The notes under the pieces are model-generated. The model was not told where the DNA came from and did no database searches. It saw only the letters and a list, made by a program, of their open reading frames with translations. The translations under genes were made by a program, and so were the position numbers. A DNA stretch of 64,000 nt from Candidatus Aenigmatarchaeota archaeon (GTDB taxonomy: Archaea; Aenigmatarchaeota; Aenigmatarchaeia; JACPZZ01), in contig JAZDLW010000028.1 of NCBI GenBank assembly GCA_043801595.1, forward strand, positions 1,336 to 65,335. The letters run 5' to 3'. This document shows, piece by piece, positions 19,276 through 28,674 of the stretch. Position 1 is the stretch's first letter; every line of letters begins with the position of its first letter.

Positions 19276-21279
19276 ATGTTATTGCTGGCGTTCGCTGCAA
19301 GTGCATTGGCAATCTTGTACGCTGGCTATCTCGCTGCAGGCATTATGCGCCAGCCGTCTGGTTCTGATAAAATGCGCCAGATATCGCTGGCCATACAGGA
19401 AGGCGCGTCTGCGTACCTTAACAGGCAATACAAAACAATCGCGATTTTTGCGGTAATATTATTCCTGGTTTTGTCGTTTTTCATAAATCTTAAAACAGGC
19501 GTTGCGTTTCTGGCAGGTTCAATATTGTCCGCGCTGGCTGGTTATATCGGCATGAGCGTATCGGTTCGCGCAAATGTGAGGACAACAGAATCGGCGAAGC
19601 ATGGATTGGCAGCCGCGCTTTCAACGGCTTTCCGCGGAGGCGCTGTAACAGGCTTGTGCGTTGTCGGACTGAGTTTATTCGGTGTAACGCTTTTTTACTA
19701 TCTTTATAACGATCCTATCACAATCATCGGTTTCGGGTTCGGGGCTTCTTTGATATCGCTGTTTGCGCGAGTGGGCGGAGGCATATACACCAAAGCCGCG
19801 GACGTTGGTGCGGACCTTGTCGGAAAGATTGAAAAAGGGATTCCGGAGGATGACCCGAGAAACCCGGCGGTTATAGCTGATAACGTAGGCGACAATGTGG
19901 GCGACTGCGCTGGAATGGCTGCTGATTTGTTCGAAACGTATGCTGTTACGCTTATCGCAGCGATGCTGCTTGGCCATTTGCTTTTTACAGGTGCGGTGCA
20001 GGCAAATGCAGTAATGTACCCGCTCATACTGGGCGCTGTCGCGCTCGTAGGTTCGATCATAGGCACGTTCTTTGTGCGATTAGGCAAATCTAAGAACATC
20101 ATGAACGCCCTTTACAAGGGTGCGATCGCGTCCGGCGCAATATCCGCAATCGGATTTTATTTTGTTACAAAACAGTTCGGATTCGGAATGCCTGTATATT
20201 TGTCATCAATAGTCGGGTTGCTAATAACAATTTTCATAATTCTTATAACGGAATATTACACTGCAAAGGAACACAAACCTGTGAAATCAATAGCGAAAGC
20301 GTCGCAGACAGGCGCGGCAACGAATATAATTACGGGTTTGGCTGTCGGAATGCAATCAACACTGCTTCCGGTAATTGTCATATCTGCGGGTATCCTGTCT
20401 TCATATTACTTTGCCGGACTTTACGGCATAGCGATAGCGTCTGTTGCAATGCTTTCACTTACGGGAATAATCATTGCAATCGATTCATACGGGCCTATCA
20501 CAGATAATGCTGGCGGAATCGCGGAGATGTCCAATCTTAGCCAAAAGGTGAGGAATATAACAGATTCGCTGGATGCGGTTGGAAATACAACGAAAGCTGT
20601 TACAAAGGGTTATGCGATTGGTTCTGCGGCATTAGGAGCGCTCGCGCTGTTCGCATCTTATACGCAGGAAGTTGATATTGCCGCGACGAAATTGTCTTTG
20701 ACGGGAGCTTCGACGTTCTCGCTGAGCGATCCGCTTGTATTGATCGGATTATTCCTTGGAGGAGTTTTGCCATTCCTGTTCTCGTCGCTGTGCATGCAGG
20801 CGGTCGGAAAGGCTGCGTTTGAGATTGTGAGCGAAGTCAGGAAGCAGTTCAAAGACAAGGGCATAATGGCGGGAACCAAAAAACCGGACTATGCGTCGTG
20901 TGTGGATATAGTAACAAAGTCTGCGCTCAGGGAGATGCGCACGCCTGCGCTGCTTGCCGTGCTATCGCCGTTGATCGTAGGTTTTGCTTTGGGGCCGAAA
21001 GCGCTTGGCGGCATGCTTATTGGAGTGATAATTACGGGTCTTTTGCTGGCAATTGAGATGACTACCGGAGGCGCGGCATGGGATAATGCAAAGAAGTATG
21101 TCGAATCCGGAAAACTGGGAGGCAAGGGCTCTGACACCCACAAAGCGGCTGTTGTCGGGGATACTGTCGGCGATCCTTTCAAGGACACTGCCGGGCCTGC
21201 GCTAAACGCGTTGATCAAGGTCATGAACACGATTTCGCTGCTGTTTGCAGGGTTAATTGTGGCGTACGCGTTGATGTGA
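19276..21279 (+). CDS. hppA: Membrane H+-translocating pyrophosphatase, K+-independent type
   Basis: [49 protein letters not shown] carries the Lys that marks K+-independent enzymes. Confidence 0.95.
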   Translation: MLLLAFAASALAILYAGYLAAGIMRQPSGSDKMRQISLAIQEGASAYLNRQYKTIAIFAVILFLVLSFFINLKTGVAFLAGSILSALAGYIGMSVSVRANVRTTESAKHGLAAALSTAFRGGAVTGLCVVGLSLFGVTLFYYLYNDPITIIGFGFGASLISLFARVGGGIYTKAADVGADLVGKIEKGIPEDDPRNPAVIADNVGDNVGDCAGMAADLFETYAVTLIAAMLLGHLLFTGAVQANAVMYPLILGAVALVGSIIGTFFVRLGKSKNIMNALYKGAIASGAISAIGFYFVTKQFGFGMPVYLSSIVGLLITIFIILITEYYTAKEHKPVKSIAKASQTGAATNIITGLAVGMQSTLLPVIVISAGILSSYYFAGLYGIAIASVAMLSLTGIIIAIDSYGPITDNAGGIAEMSNLSQKVRNITDSLDAVGNTTKAVTKGYAIGSAALGALALFASYTQEVDIAATKLSLTGASTFSLSDPLVLIGLFLGGVLPFLFSSLCMQAVGKAAFEIVSEVRKQFKDKGIMAGTKKPDYASCVDIVTKSALREMRTPALLAVLSPLIVGFALGPKALGGMLIGVIITGLLLAIEMTTGGAAWDNAKKYVESGKLGGKGSDTHKAAVVGDTVGDPFKDTAGPALNALIKVMNTISLLFAGLIVAYALM

Positions 21280-21295
21280 GCCTGAAGGATTAAAG

Positions 21296-21317
21296 CGGCT
21301 TTAAACGTTTTAAGCCG
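21296..21317. terminator. Hairpin downstream of hppA
   Basis: CGGCTTTAAA-CG-TTTTAAGCCG, one mismatch. Confidence 0.35.
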
Positions 21318-21467
21318 ATTTCAAGTTTATAAATCTTAAACTACAAATCACGGTATAAAGCTAGACTGAAAAACCCACAGAGGAAAAATGGTTTCCTTTG
21401 AGTACATTGTTTGTACTTTTAATGACAATTGGCTGGCTATTGTTAGGTCTGTGCTGGATGTTAAACT

Positions 21468-22055
21468 ATGTATAAATTGATTACAGTAGAAGATGTTGTG
21501 AGGGTACCGCCTTCGAAACTAGGAGTTTCGATAAAGAAGTCTGTAAAGCAAAGTTTGCAGGAACAGCTTGAAGGCGTGATGGACAAGGATATGGGCATAA
21601 TCGTTGCTGTCACAAACATTGAAAACGTCGGCGCAGGCAAATTGTTGCCAGGTGACGGTTCAATACATTATGTTGCAAAATTCAACGTGCTCGCGTACTT
21701 CCCGACAATGTACGAGGTTGTGTGCGGCGAAGTGATAGACATAACCGAGTTTGGCGCGTTTGTACGTATGGGGCCTTTGGACGGACTGGTCCACATATCG
21801 CAGGTAATGGATGACTTCGTGTCGTACGACGCAAAGAACTCCATGTTCCTCGGAAAAGAGTCGAAACGGACAATAAAAGAAGGCGATAATGTAAAAGCGC
21901 GTGTGATAACAGTTTCGATAGGCAAAAACGATTACAAAATAGGATTAACAATGAGGCAGGCCGGGCTTGGCGTACTCGGAGAAACGACGGCTAAAAAAGA
22001 GAACAAGGAAAAAGCCGAAGAAAAGAAAGACGCCAAAGCGGAAGAAAAGAAATAA
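21468..22055 (+). CDS. rpoE1: RNA polymerase subunit E'/Rpo7
   Basis: EDVVRVPP, S1 domain FGAFVRMGPLDGLVHISQVMDD, KIGLTMRQ.GLG. Confidence 0.96.
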   Translation: MYKLITVEDVVRVPPSKLGVSIKKSVKQSLQEQLEGVMDKDMGIIVAVTNIENVGAGKLLPGDGSIHYVAKFNVLAYFPTMYEVVCGEVIDITEFGAFVRMGPLDGLVHISQVMDDFVSYDAKNSMFLGKESKRTIKEGDNVKARVITVSIGKNDYKIGLTMRQAGLGVLGETTAKKENKEKAEEKKDAKAEEKK

Positions 22056-22124
22056 GTGATTTGGCAAACCACTCCGATTTGAAAAATAGTCGGGGTGGAA
22101 TAATAGGAAATCGGAGCGGTTTGA

Positions 22125-22310
22125 ATGGCAGAAAAGGTTTGCAGAAATTGTCGCAGGTTTGTGAAAGAGAGCGTATGCCCAGTGTGCAAGGGCACAAGCT
22201 TTTCATGGAGCTGGAAGGGCATATTGATAATAAACGATCCGAGCGATTCGGTGATAGCGAAGCACATGGGAATAACAGCCCCAGGAAAATATTGTATTTG
22301 GATGAAATAA
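22125..22310 (+). CDS. spt4: Transcription elongation factor Spt4 (RpoE'')
   Basis: CRNC...CPVC...SWSWKG..II.DP..S.IAK.MGI..PG.Y, directly after rpoE1. Confidence 0.95.
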   Translation: MAEKVCRNCRRFVKESVCPVCKGTSFSWSWKGILIINDPSDSVIAKHMGITAPGKYCIWMK

Positions 22311-22332
22311 TACAAAATCAAGGTGATTTAAA

Positions 22333-22692
22333 ATGAAAATGGAAACGGTCTCAGAAAAGGAAAATCCCCTGCTTGGCAGAAGGGAAGTAATATTGTCAAT
22401 AAAAGGAGCCGAGGCAACGCCTTCGAGAAAAGAGGTTGTCGCAGGAATAGCAGCACATTTCAATGTTTCCGAAGACCTGATACTCGTTGACCAGATTCAA
22501 ACCGAATTCGGAACGCCGAACTGCCGCGTAGTTGTAAAGATATACAAAGATGCCGCGTTAATACCGAAGAAAAGGCTGGAAATAGCCAAAGCGCGATCGA
22601 AATCCGGCAAGACCGGGGAAAAGAAGGTAGAGGAACAAACCACTTCAACTTCCAACATTAATAGTTCGAGTGATAATACGAAATTGAAGTGA
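22333..22692 (+). CDS. rps24e: 30S ribosomal protein S24e
   Basis: ENPLLGRREV, ATPSRKEV, I.TEFG...KIY. Confidence 0.93.
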   Translation: MKMETVSEKENPLLGRREVILSIKGAEATPSRKEVVAGIAAHFNVSEDLILVDQIQTEFGTPNCRVVVKIYKDAALIPKKRLEIAKARSKSGKTGEKKVEEQTTSTSNINSSSDNTKLK

Positions 22693-22696
22693 TTTG

Positions 22697-22873
22697 ATGC
22701 CAAAGCATAAGTCTATACAGCACTGGAAAATGTACAAGGGCGGAAAGCACATGAACAGGACTTGTCCGCGATGCGGGGCAGGCACGTGGATGGCTGAGCA
22801 CAAGGACAGGTTTACCTGCGGCAAATGCAAATACAGCGAGAGCAAAACAGCGGAAAGCAAAGCTTTCAAATAA
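22697..22873 (+). CDS. rps27ae: 30S ribosomal protein S27ae (58 aa, not in the ORF track)
   Basis: Hand translation MPKHKSIQHWKMYKGGKHMNRTCPRCGAGTWMAEHKDRFTCGKCKYSE...; follows rps24e as usual. Confidence 0.93.
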   Translation: MPKHKSIQHWKMYKGGKHMNRTCPRCGAGTWMAEHKDRFTCGKCKYSESKTAESKAFK

Positions 22874-22886
22874 AACCGTTAGGTTT

Positions 22887-23519
22887 TCATGCATCGCCGA
22901 TAATACGGTTTTTTATTGTTCCTATTTCTGTCAGATGTTTATTTTCCTGGTCGCCGGCAAGTTTTCCGTATCCGAGAAAGTTTTTCCTTTCCAAGGCTGT
23001 TGCGTAGGAATTTTCCAGCGTGTTTAACAGGCTTATCTTCGCGCCCACTTTCGAGGATGCGTCGTAAATTTCCCGGAAATCCACGTCTTTTCTGCTTTTG
23101 ACAGGCAGCTTGAGTTTGACGTACTTTGACAGCACTGCCATGTCGTCCACAACTTTTTTAAGGATTTTCGGCGAAACAAACCTTTCCGGATAATAGGAAA
23201 CGATCGTGCTTATGCCGTTTGAACGGGCATACGAAAATATCTCTTCCAGCGATTTTTTAGGGAAGCCCAGATCCAAATCTATGAACTCGGTCTTGAATTT
23301 CATGGCTTTTTTAACCAGGTTAAGAACGTCCGGGTCTTTTGTGCAAACGCACGAAACGATAACCGGCAGCGGAAAGCTTTCTATTGTTTCGATGTTTTCC
23401 GGATCGTCTATGCGGTCGATCCTTATTTCCACGAGGTTGGCGCCCTGCTGTTTCGCCTCGTAAGCCTGTTCCCGCAAACCGGCCATGCTGCGGCCTGTCA
23501 ATACTGCGCACACTCTCAT
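22887..23519 (-). CDS. aroD: Type I 3-dehydroquinate dehydratase-like protein (divergent)
   Basis: MRVCAVL...GANLVEIRID, FIDLD, IVSYY, YVKL. ATG at 23519 with AGGTGG upstream. Confidence 0.6.
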   Translation of the reverse strand: MRVCAVLTGRSMAGLREQAYEAKQQGANLVEIRIDRIDDPENIETIESFPLPVIVSCVCTKDPDVLNLVKKAMKFKTEFIDLDLGFPKKSLEEIFSYARSNGISTIVSYYPERFVSPKILKKVVDDMAVLSKYVKLKLPVKSRKDVDFREIYDASSKVGAKISLLNTLENSYATALERKNFLGYGKLAGDQENKHLTEIGTIKNRIIGDA

Positions 23520-23650
23520 AAAAACCACCTTGATTTTCAAAGATTAATAGCATACATTAAAGGACAACATCAAGGTGGTTTTGTTTAGATCAGGACTAAG
23601 AGATTAAAGGATTTATTGGGGTGCGATGCTAAGTTATCAATAGTGTTTTT

Positions 23651-24415
23651 ATGAGCAGGATCATAGGAATCTTCTCCGGAAAGGGCGGTGTGGGCAAAAC
23701 GACAACAGCCGTGAACCTAGGTGTCGCGCTTTCCAGACTCGGAAAATCCGTGATACTGGTCGATTCCAATGTAAACACGCCCAACGTGAGCCTTCATCTT
23801 GGCATGAATTTCACGCCGTTTACGCTGCAGGATATGATGGATAATAACCCGTATATACCCCAGGCGTTATACGTGCACGAGAGCGGGCTGCGCGTAATAC
23901 CGGCAGATTTCTCGATCAAGGAACGGCATTCCGACATATCCGAATTAAAAAACCACATGCACAAGCTTGCGGGCGATTACGATTACATTTTAATGGACTG
24001 CGCGCCCGGATTGGGGCAGGACGCAAGGGCAGCAATCGAGGCGTGCAACGAATTTTTGATCGTCACGAATCCGGAAACGCCGGCGATTGTTGATGCTTAC
24101 AAGACGTATAAGGCGATAAAAAATTTCAACGGAAAGGTTCTCGGGCTGGTTGTCAATAAGGTCAACAATGACAAGGACGAACTTCAAAGCAACGAAATAG
24201 AGAATTTTTTCAATGAAAAAATCATAGGCATAATCCCCGATGACAGGAGCGTGAGAGCAGCGATACAGAGAAAGGTTCCGGTTGTTCTCCACAAGCCGAA
24301 TGCGAAAGCCTCGAAGGCGTACAACAAGCTTGCCGCCCAGATTGCGGGCGTGCGCGAAAGGACGTTTTCGGATATTTTGTTCTCGTTCCTTTCAAGGGAC
24401 GATAAACGTTTATAG
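23651..24415 (+). CDS. minD: MinD-family ATPase (second paralogue)
   Basis: SGKGGVGKTT, LVDSN, NVSLHLG, YILMDCAPG, VTNPE. Confidence 0.9.
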   Translation: MSRIIGIFSGKGGVGKTTTAVNLGVALSRLGKSVILVDSNVNTPNVSLHLGMNFTPFTLQDMMDNNPYIPQALYVHESGLRVIPADFSIKERHSDISELKNHMHKLAGDYDYILMDCAPGLGQDARAAIEACNEFLIVTNPETPAIVDAYKTYKAIKNFNGKVLGLVVNKVNNDKDELQSNEIENFFNEKIIGIIPDDRSVRAAIQRKVPVVLHKPNAKASKAYNKLAAQIAGVRERTFSDILFSFLSRDDKRL

Positions 24416-24470
24416 GAACGCCTGTTCAACAATGTTTTTAAACGGACTAGTGCAATGATTCAAGGATAAA

Positions 24471-25151
24471 ATGATTTCTGCGTCAGACCTTTCCTATCTC
24501 GGATTATGCCAGGTCGCGTTTCTGCTGAATAAAAAAGCGAAAATAGTCACGCACGCAATGATGGCGGGGGCGAAAAGGCACAACAAACTTTTTTTGCTGT
24601 CGGATGTTATTACGGAAGATCAGATGCTGGAAAAAATAACCAACGGGGAAAAATTCATTGCGCGGGAGATACGGGTCGAACATCCGAAAGGTGGAATTAG
24701 GGGAAGGATCGACGAACTTGAGTTTCTTGGGCACAATCACAACAAAAAGAATGAAGCTATCATAAAGGACGATAAATTTTCCTCTTCCAAATTCCTCGGC
24801 ATGAACGACGCGCATCGAATCCAACTTGCATCGTATGCGTTCATGATACCCGAAGACCAGAAATTCCGAAACCTGGTGGAGGTTGCGGGGGCTGCTATAA
24901 AATTCCGCAGTTTTGACAGTGCGAATTCGACTGAGTTCAAGGTGGGCGGAAAACAACTGATGTCATGGGTCAATGAAATTCCGCAACTGGTTGTTACTGC
25001 GAATGACATACTCGCGAATAAGCTCATTCCCGAACCGCTCAGTTTCTCTTCAATCGACGCTTCATGGCTTTCGGTTCCGAGAACCGGTTGCGCGTCCTGC
25101 AAATATAACAGGATCTGCAATGTTGGCAGGAAGATGCTTTCTAATCAATAA
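24471..25151 (+). CDS. Solo Cas4-like PD-(D/E)XK nuclease with Fe-S staple
   Basis: N-terminal ISASDLSYLGLC, GRIDEL, IKDDK, QLASY, C-terminal CASCKYNRIC (four Cys). No cas1 or array in the window. Confidence 0.75.
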   Translation: MISASDLSYLGLCQVAFLLNKKAKIVTHAMMAGAKRHNKLFLLSDVITEDQMLEKITNGEKFIAREIRVEHPKGGIRGRIDELEFLGHNHNKKNEAIIKDDKFSSSKFLGMNDAHRIQLASYAFMIPEDQKFRNLVEVAGAAIKFRSFDSANSTEFKVGGKQLMSWVNEIPQLVVTANDILANKLIPEPLSFSSIDASWLSVPRTGCASCKYNRICNVGRKMLSNQ

Positions 25152-25156
25152 CACGC

Positions 25157-25251
25157 CTTCCCCCTTTTTATGGCTGGCTAAAAACGGGTTAAGCATCAAT
25201 TTTAATCTTATAGTCCATACTTAACCCGTTTTGAAGAAAAAGCGGGGGAAG
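25157..25251. repeat. Long imperfect inverted repeat downstream of the Cas4-like gene
   Basis: AAAACGGGTTAAG (25181-25193) pairs with CTTAACCCGTTTT (25220-25232); outer CTTCCCCC-TTTTT pairs with AAAAA-GC-GGGGGAAG. Confidence 0.7.
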
Positions 25252-25515
25252 TCATGCCTGATAAACCGTAGTGTGCTGGTCATTCATTCCGAGGTTGGCA
25301 GAAGGAAATCATCCCAGATCAAGCAGACTTTGCTGTTGTCATTGGGATATTATATAATATGCAAACGTTTGCCAAAAATCGCACGAATTGTTTTGCTTGC
25401 ATACTCTTTCAATATATTTTATCGGTATGCCGAAATATAAACCAGCCGGCTAACTTTTGTTGACCAGTTTCTTCGGGATGACGACTATTTCTTCTTTTGC
25501 ATACATTATTATTGC

Positions 25516-26595
25516 ATGAATTTTACAATCGGACGCGGGAAAAAGGACAGAAAACTCCTGATAGAAACAATGGTCGTCGTATCCGTGTTAATTGTTTTTT
25601 CGGCGTTTTTTCAGCTATACCCGCCCGCGCACGTGATAGGCACTGCAAATACGCTGATAAACATCAGCGAAATAGATGTGCCATTGCCTGAGGGCGCCAT
25701 ACCCGCGTTATATAATCCTAAATTCATCACAGCCGCGAATGCGACGTATCCGGAGGACAAAGACATGGTTATAGGAATAAATTACAACGGCGTGGTAAAG
25801 GCTTATCCGGTAAAGATGATGAACTGGCACGAGGTTGTCAACGACTATTTCAACAGCAAGCCGGTTGTTATAACTTATTGTTCTTTATGCCGTACCGCGA
25901 TCGCGTTTGACAGGCGGGTGTTAGGAAAGTCATTGACGTTCGCAGCGTCCGGGTTGTTGTATAATTCCAACACCATCATGGTCGATAATGAGACAAGGTC
26001 TTACTGGATCCAAATGACAGGCCGATCTTTCATGGGCGGTATGATCGGCGATACATTAAGCGTAATACCGACCGACGTCACGACATGGGCATTGTGGAAA
26101 CAAAAATATCCAAATACGCTTGTCATGTTATCGGATACGGGTTTTGACCGTGACTATGGCTATGACCCATACGGAGGATACGAAGAGAGCGTTGCAATAT
26201 GGTATGATGTGCAGCACAATGATTCGCGCCTGTTCACAAAAGACATAGTTTACGGGATAACGTTTGGCGTTTATTCTAAAGCGTATCCGAAAACCAATGT
26301 TACAAGCGCGGGCGTGATAAACGACGTAATAGGAAGCGAAAAGGTGGTTATTTTGTACGATTCCGAACTTGATTCTGTGAGAGCTTTTAGCAGCGTGCTG
26401 CGCAGTAACGAATTGACCTTTGAACTTGTGAACGGCAAGATAACCGACAAAGAAACGAAAAGCGTCTGGAACGTTGACGGCGAAGCAATAGCAGGACCGT
26501 TGATTTCCGAGAAATTGAAACGGGTCGACGCGACGTACGGCTTCTGGTTTGTTTGGGCTGCGTTCTATCCGAAGACGGATTTATATAAAATCTAA
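25516..26595 (+). CDS. DUF3179-family exported protein
   Basis: N-terminal TM; IPALYNPKF, KAYP...MNWHEVVND, TYCSLC, SGLLYNSN..M.D..T.S.W.Q, FWFVWAAFYP.T. Confidence 0.85.
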   Translation: MNFTIGRGKKDRKLLIETMVVVSVLIVFSAFFQLYPPAHVIGTANTLINISEIDVPLPEGAIPALYNPKFITAANATYPEDKDMVIGINYNGVVKAYPVKMMNWHEVVNDYFNSKPVVITYCSLCRTAIAFDRRVLGKSLTFAASGLLYNSNTIMVDNETRSYWIQMTGRSFMGGMIGDTLSVIPTDVTTWALWKQKYPNTLVMLSDTGFDRDYGYDPYGGYEESVAIWYDVQHNDSRLFTKDIVYGITFGVYSKAYPKTNVTSAGVINDVIGSEKVVILYDSELDSVRAFSSVLRSNELTFELVNGKITDKETKSVWNVDGEAIAGPLISEKLKRVDATYGFWFVWAAFYPKTDLYKI

Positions 26596-26681
26596 CCATA
26601 CCAAAAATCTTAGATCATGGTTGCGTATAACCTGCCTATCCCTTCATCCTTAACAGCGTCAGGGCGGCAATGAGTATGACT

Positions 26682-26723
26682 AAACACACAGGATGACGGT
26701 CGCAATCGTAATCCTGTGTGTTT
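26682..26723. other. Perfect 13-bp stem hairpin in a 360-bp intergenic region
   Basis: AAACACACAGGAT ... ATCCTGTGTGTTT, with an inner ACG/CGT pairing. Confidence 0.6.
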
Positions 26724-26839
26724 TGGGAGGCGGAAACGCAAATAGGGCGAGGCCGTGTTCCCGTGAACTCCTGCTGGCACTATTAATTAACTTCTTTGAA
26801 TAGCGTCATTACATTTTCGGGTGGATGGAGTTCCGATAT

Positions 26840-26943
26840 AAACTTTCTTTCCAAGAAAGTTTAATCAAAGAAGTGTTTGACCAAACAAGCTTTTAAAAAA
26901 AGCTTGCGCAAATAAGCTTTTAGAAAAAGGCTTAAGCGAAAAG
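26840..26943. repeat. Cluster of three family A-like palindromes next to the cdc6 3' end
   Basis: AAACTTTCTT-TCC-AAGAAAGTTT+AATCAAAG; CAAGCTTTT..AAAAGCTTG; TAAGCTTTT-AGAA-AAAGGCTTA+AGCGAAAAG. Confidence 0.7.
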
Positions 26944-26957
26944 AGAATGGCAAAAAT

Positions 26958-27950
26958 TTACGCGGTGAAATACTCGCGCCATCTTACTTCGCCCTCGTAC
27001 TTTACTAAACCGAGTTTCACGAGTTTTTGCAGGTATTTCCGCAATGCGCGTTCGGTGACAGGGTCTTTTACCATTTTGCAATACTGTTCATAGATTTTCC
27101 CGGCGTTCGTCCTACCAGCTTTGATTATGTCCAGAACCTTTGTTTCGTCGTTGTTCAGTTTCGCTTCGTTTTTATTCTGGCGGATAAGTTTTGCGTCTTG
27201 GAAAGCCTTTCTGATATGCTCAGTTGCTATTTTTTTCCTGTTTTCCGTTTCGGTTATCAGCGCGGCTTTTCGCAACACTTCGAGGCCTATGCGCGCATCG
27301 CCGTTACATAGCCGCGCTATTATGTGCATATCATCACGGCTTATCGTGTTCGGAACAAGCGCGTATTTTGCGCGCTGCTGGAGTATGTCTGTTATCTGGT
27401 CAACGGAATAGGAAGGAAATTCCATACTTTCAAGACACAACGAGCTTTTTATTCTGTTGTCAAGGTTTGAGAGAGCGTGCGGGTTGTTTGAAATGCAGAC
27501 CAGTCCGACGCCGCTCCTTGATATGTCGTACAATATTTCCGGGGATTCAAGCTGGTCGATTTCGTCGAGCGCTACGACGAATTTTTTTTCAGGACTTTTT
27601 GTGACGTTTTCGAATTTTCTTATCATCGAAAGCATGGATTCCCGGGGACCAACGAACACCTCAGCCTGCTGCAATATTTCAGCCAAAACCGCGTAACCGG
27701 TTGAACGGCTCCAACAATTCACGTAAACGGCTTTTATCCGGTTTGCCGAACGCTCAAGTTCGGACATCATCCATCTGACAATCAAGGTTTTGCCTGTCCC
27801 AGGCGGACCGTATAAGAATACGTTCCGTATCTTTCTTCCGATTGATGCGGGTTTTATGCATTCTGCCAAAAACTGTTTTTGTCCATCGCGGTGAAGAATG
27901 TCTTCAGGCGAGTAGTTTTCGAGCAAAACAGATTCGTTCGATATTATCAT
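26958..27950 (-). CDS. cdc6: Orc1/Cdc6 replication initiator
   Basis: Y.PE.ILHRD.Q, GPPGTGKT, YVNC, LDEID, F..YS.DQI..IL..R, GDAR, C-terminal wHTH. Confidence 0.9.
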   Translation of the reverse strand: MIISNESVLLENYSPEDILHRDGQKQFLAECIKPASIGRKIRNVFLYGPPGTGKTLIVRWMMSELERSANRIKAVYVNCWSRSTGYAVLAEILQQAEVFVGPRESMLSMIRKFENVTKSPEKKFVVALDEIDQLESPEILYDISRSGVGLVCISNNPHALSNLDNRIKSSLCLESMEFPSYSVDQITDILQQRAKYALVPNTISRDDMHIIARLCNGDARIGLEVLRKAALITETENRKKIATEHIRKAFQDAKLIRQNKNEAKLNNDETKVLDIIKAGRTNAGKIYEQYCKMVKDPVTERALRKYLQKLVKLGLVKYEGEVRWREYFTA

Positions 27951-28022
27951 ATTTTCCGAGTACAAAAGGACACCCTATAGGAATATGTAAAATTCCGATA
28001 TAAATATTTGCTTCAGAAACGT

Positions 28023-28670
28023 TTATTTCGGGTTTTTGGAATAATTTATCTCGGCTTCACGCACACTTTTCGCGAATTTCTCGGCGTTTTCGACTCCGCC
28101 TTTAACCGAGAACGAAAGCACGTTCGTGAACGCAAAATTCTTTGCCGAATGGATTTCCAGCCGGATTTCCTTGAACAGTATGTAAATGAAAAACAAAACC
28201 ATTGATGCCACAAACGTGACTATCGGAAGTTCGTATGAACCGGACGATAACAGCGCATCTCCAAGCAACGACAGCAGATTTTTCAAAAAACCGAGCGTTA
28301 CAATGTTAGCAATAAACCCTGCCAGGTTTATCAGCGGTTGCAGCGTGTCGCGGTAAGGCGCGACCAGCCAATTAACGATGAGAAAGAAAATCGTTGCAAA
28401 CCAAAGTATGTTGCTCAGTTTCAGCAGAAGGCTTTTGCGTATTAGCGTCAGCTTTATCGAGTCTATCTTGTCGAGCCTTATTTCAGTTACAGACCCGCTG
28501 ATATGCGACGAATTTCTGAATCCTATCAGGCACGACAGCATTTTTCCGAGCCCGCCCAATGCCAGATCGGCGACGTTCTCTTCGCCGACAATCCTCTTGT
28601 TCGTAAGCATAAGCGAGTTGTATTTCCCGATTATTCTTTCATTCGGCAACAAGGTGTCGTTGGCGTACAT
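28023..28670 (-). CDS. Hypothetical membrane protein with an N-terminal PH-like segment
   Basis: LLPNE.II...LMLTNKRI...I.LDKIDSI pattern, then 2-3 TM helices. Confidence 0.6.
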   Translation of the reverse strand: MYANDTLLPNERIIGKYNSLMLTNKRIVGEENVADLALGGLGKMLSCLIGFRNSSHISGSVTEIRLDKIDSIKLTLIRKSLLLKLSNILWFATIFFLIVNWLVAPYRDTLQPLINLAGFIANIVTLGFLKNLLSLLGDALLSSGSYELPIVTFVASMVLFFIYILFKEIRLEIHSAKNFAFTNVLSFSVKGGVENAEKFAKSVREAEINYSKNPK

Positions 28671-28674
28671 CTGG

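Noticed and set aside
21388-21480. 30-codon ORF before rpoE1 with a GAGG upstream
   Set aside because: It is too short, has no motif, and overlaps the rpoE1 start out of frame.
25260-25510. Possible pseudogene on the minus strand (MYAKEEIVVIPKKLVNKS*PAGLYFG...)
   Set aside because: It has several stops and no recognisable homology; cannot be supported without a search.
26600-26830. RNase P or SRP RNA in the cdc6-adjacent gap
   Set aside because: Neither the RNase P GAGGAAAGTCC-type motif nor an SRP helix-8 motif is present on either strand.
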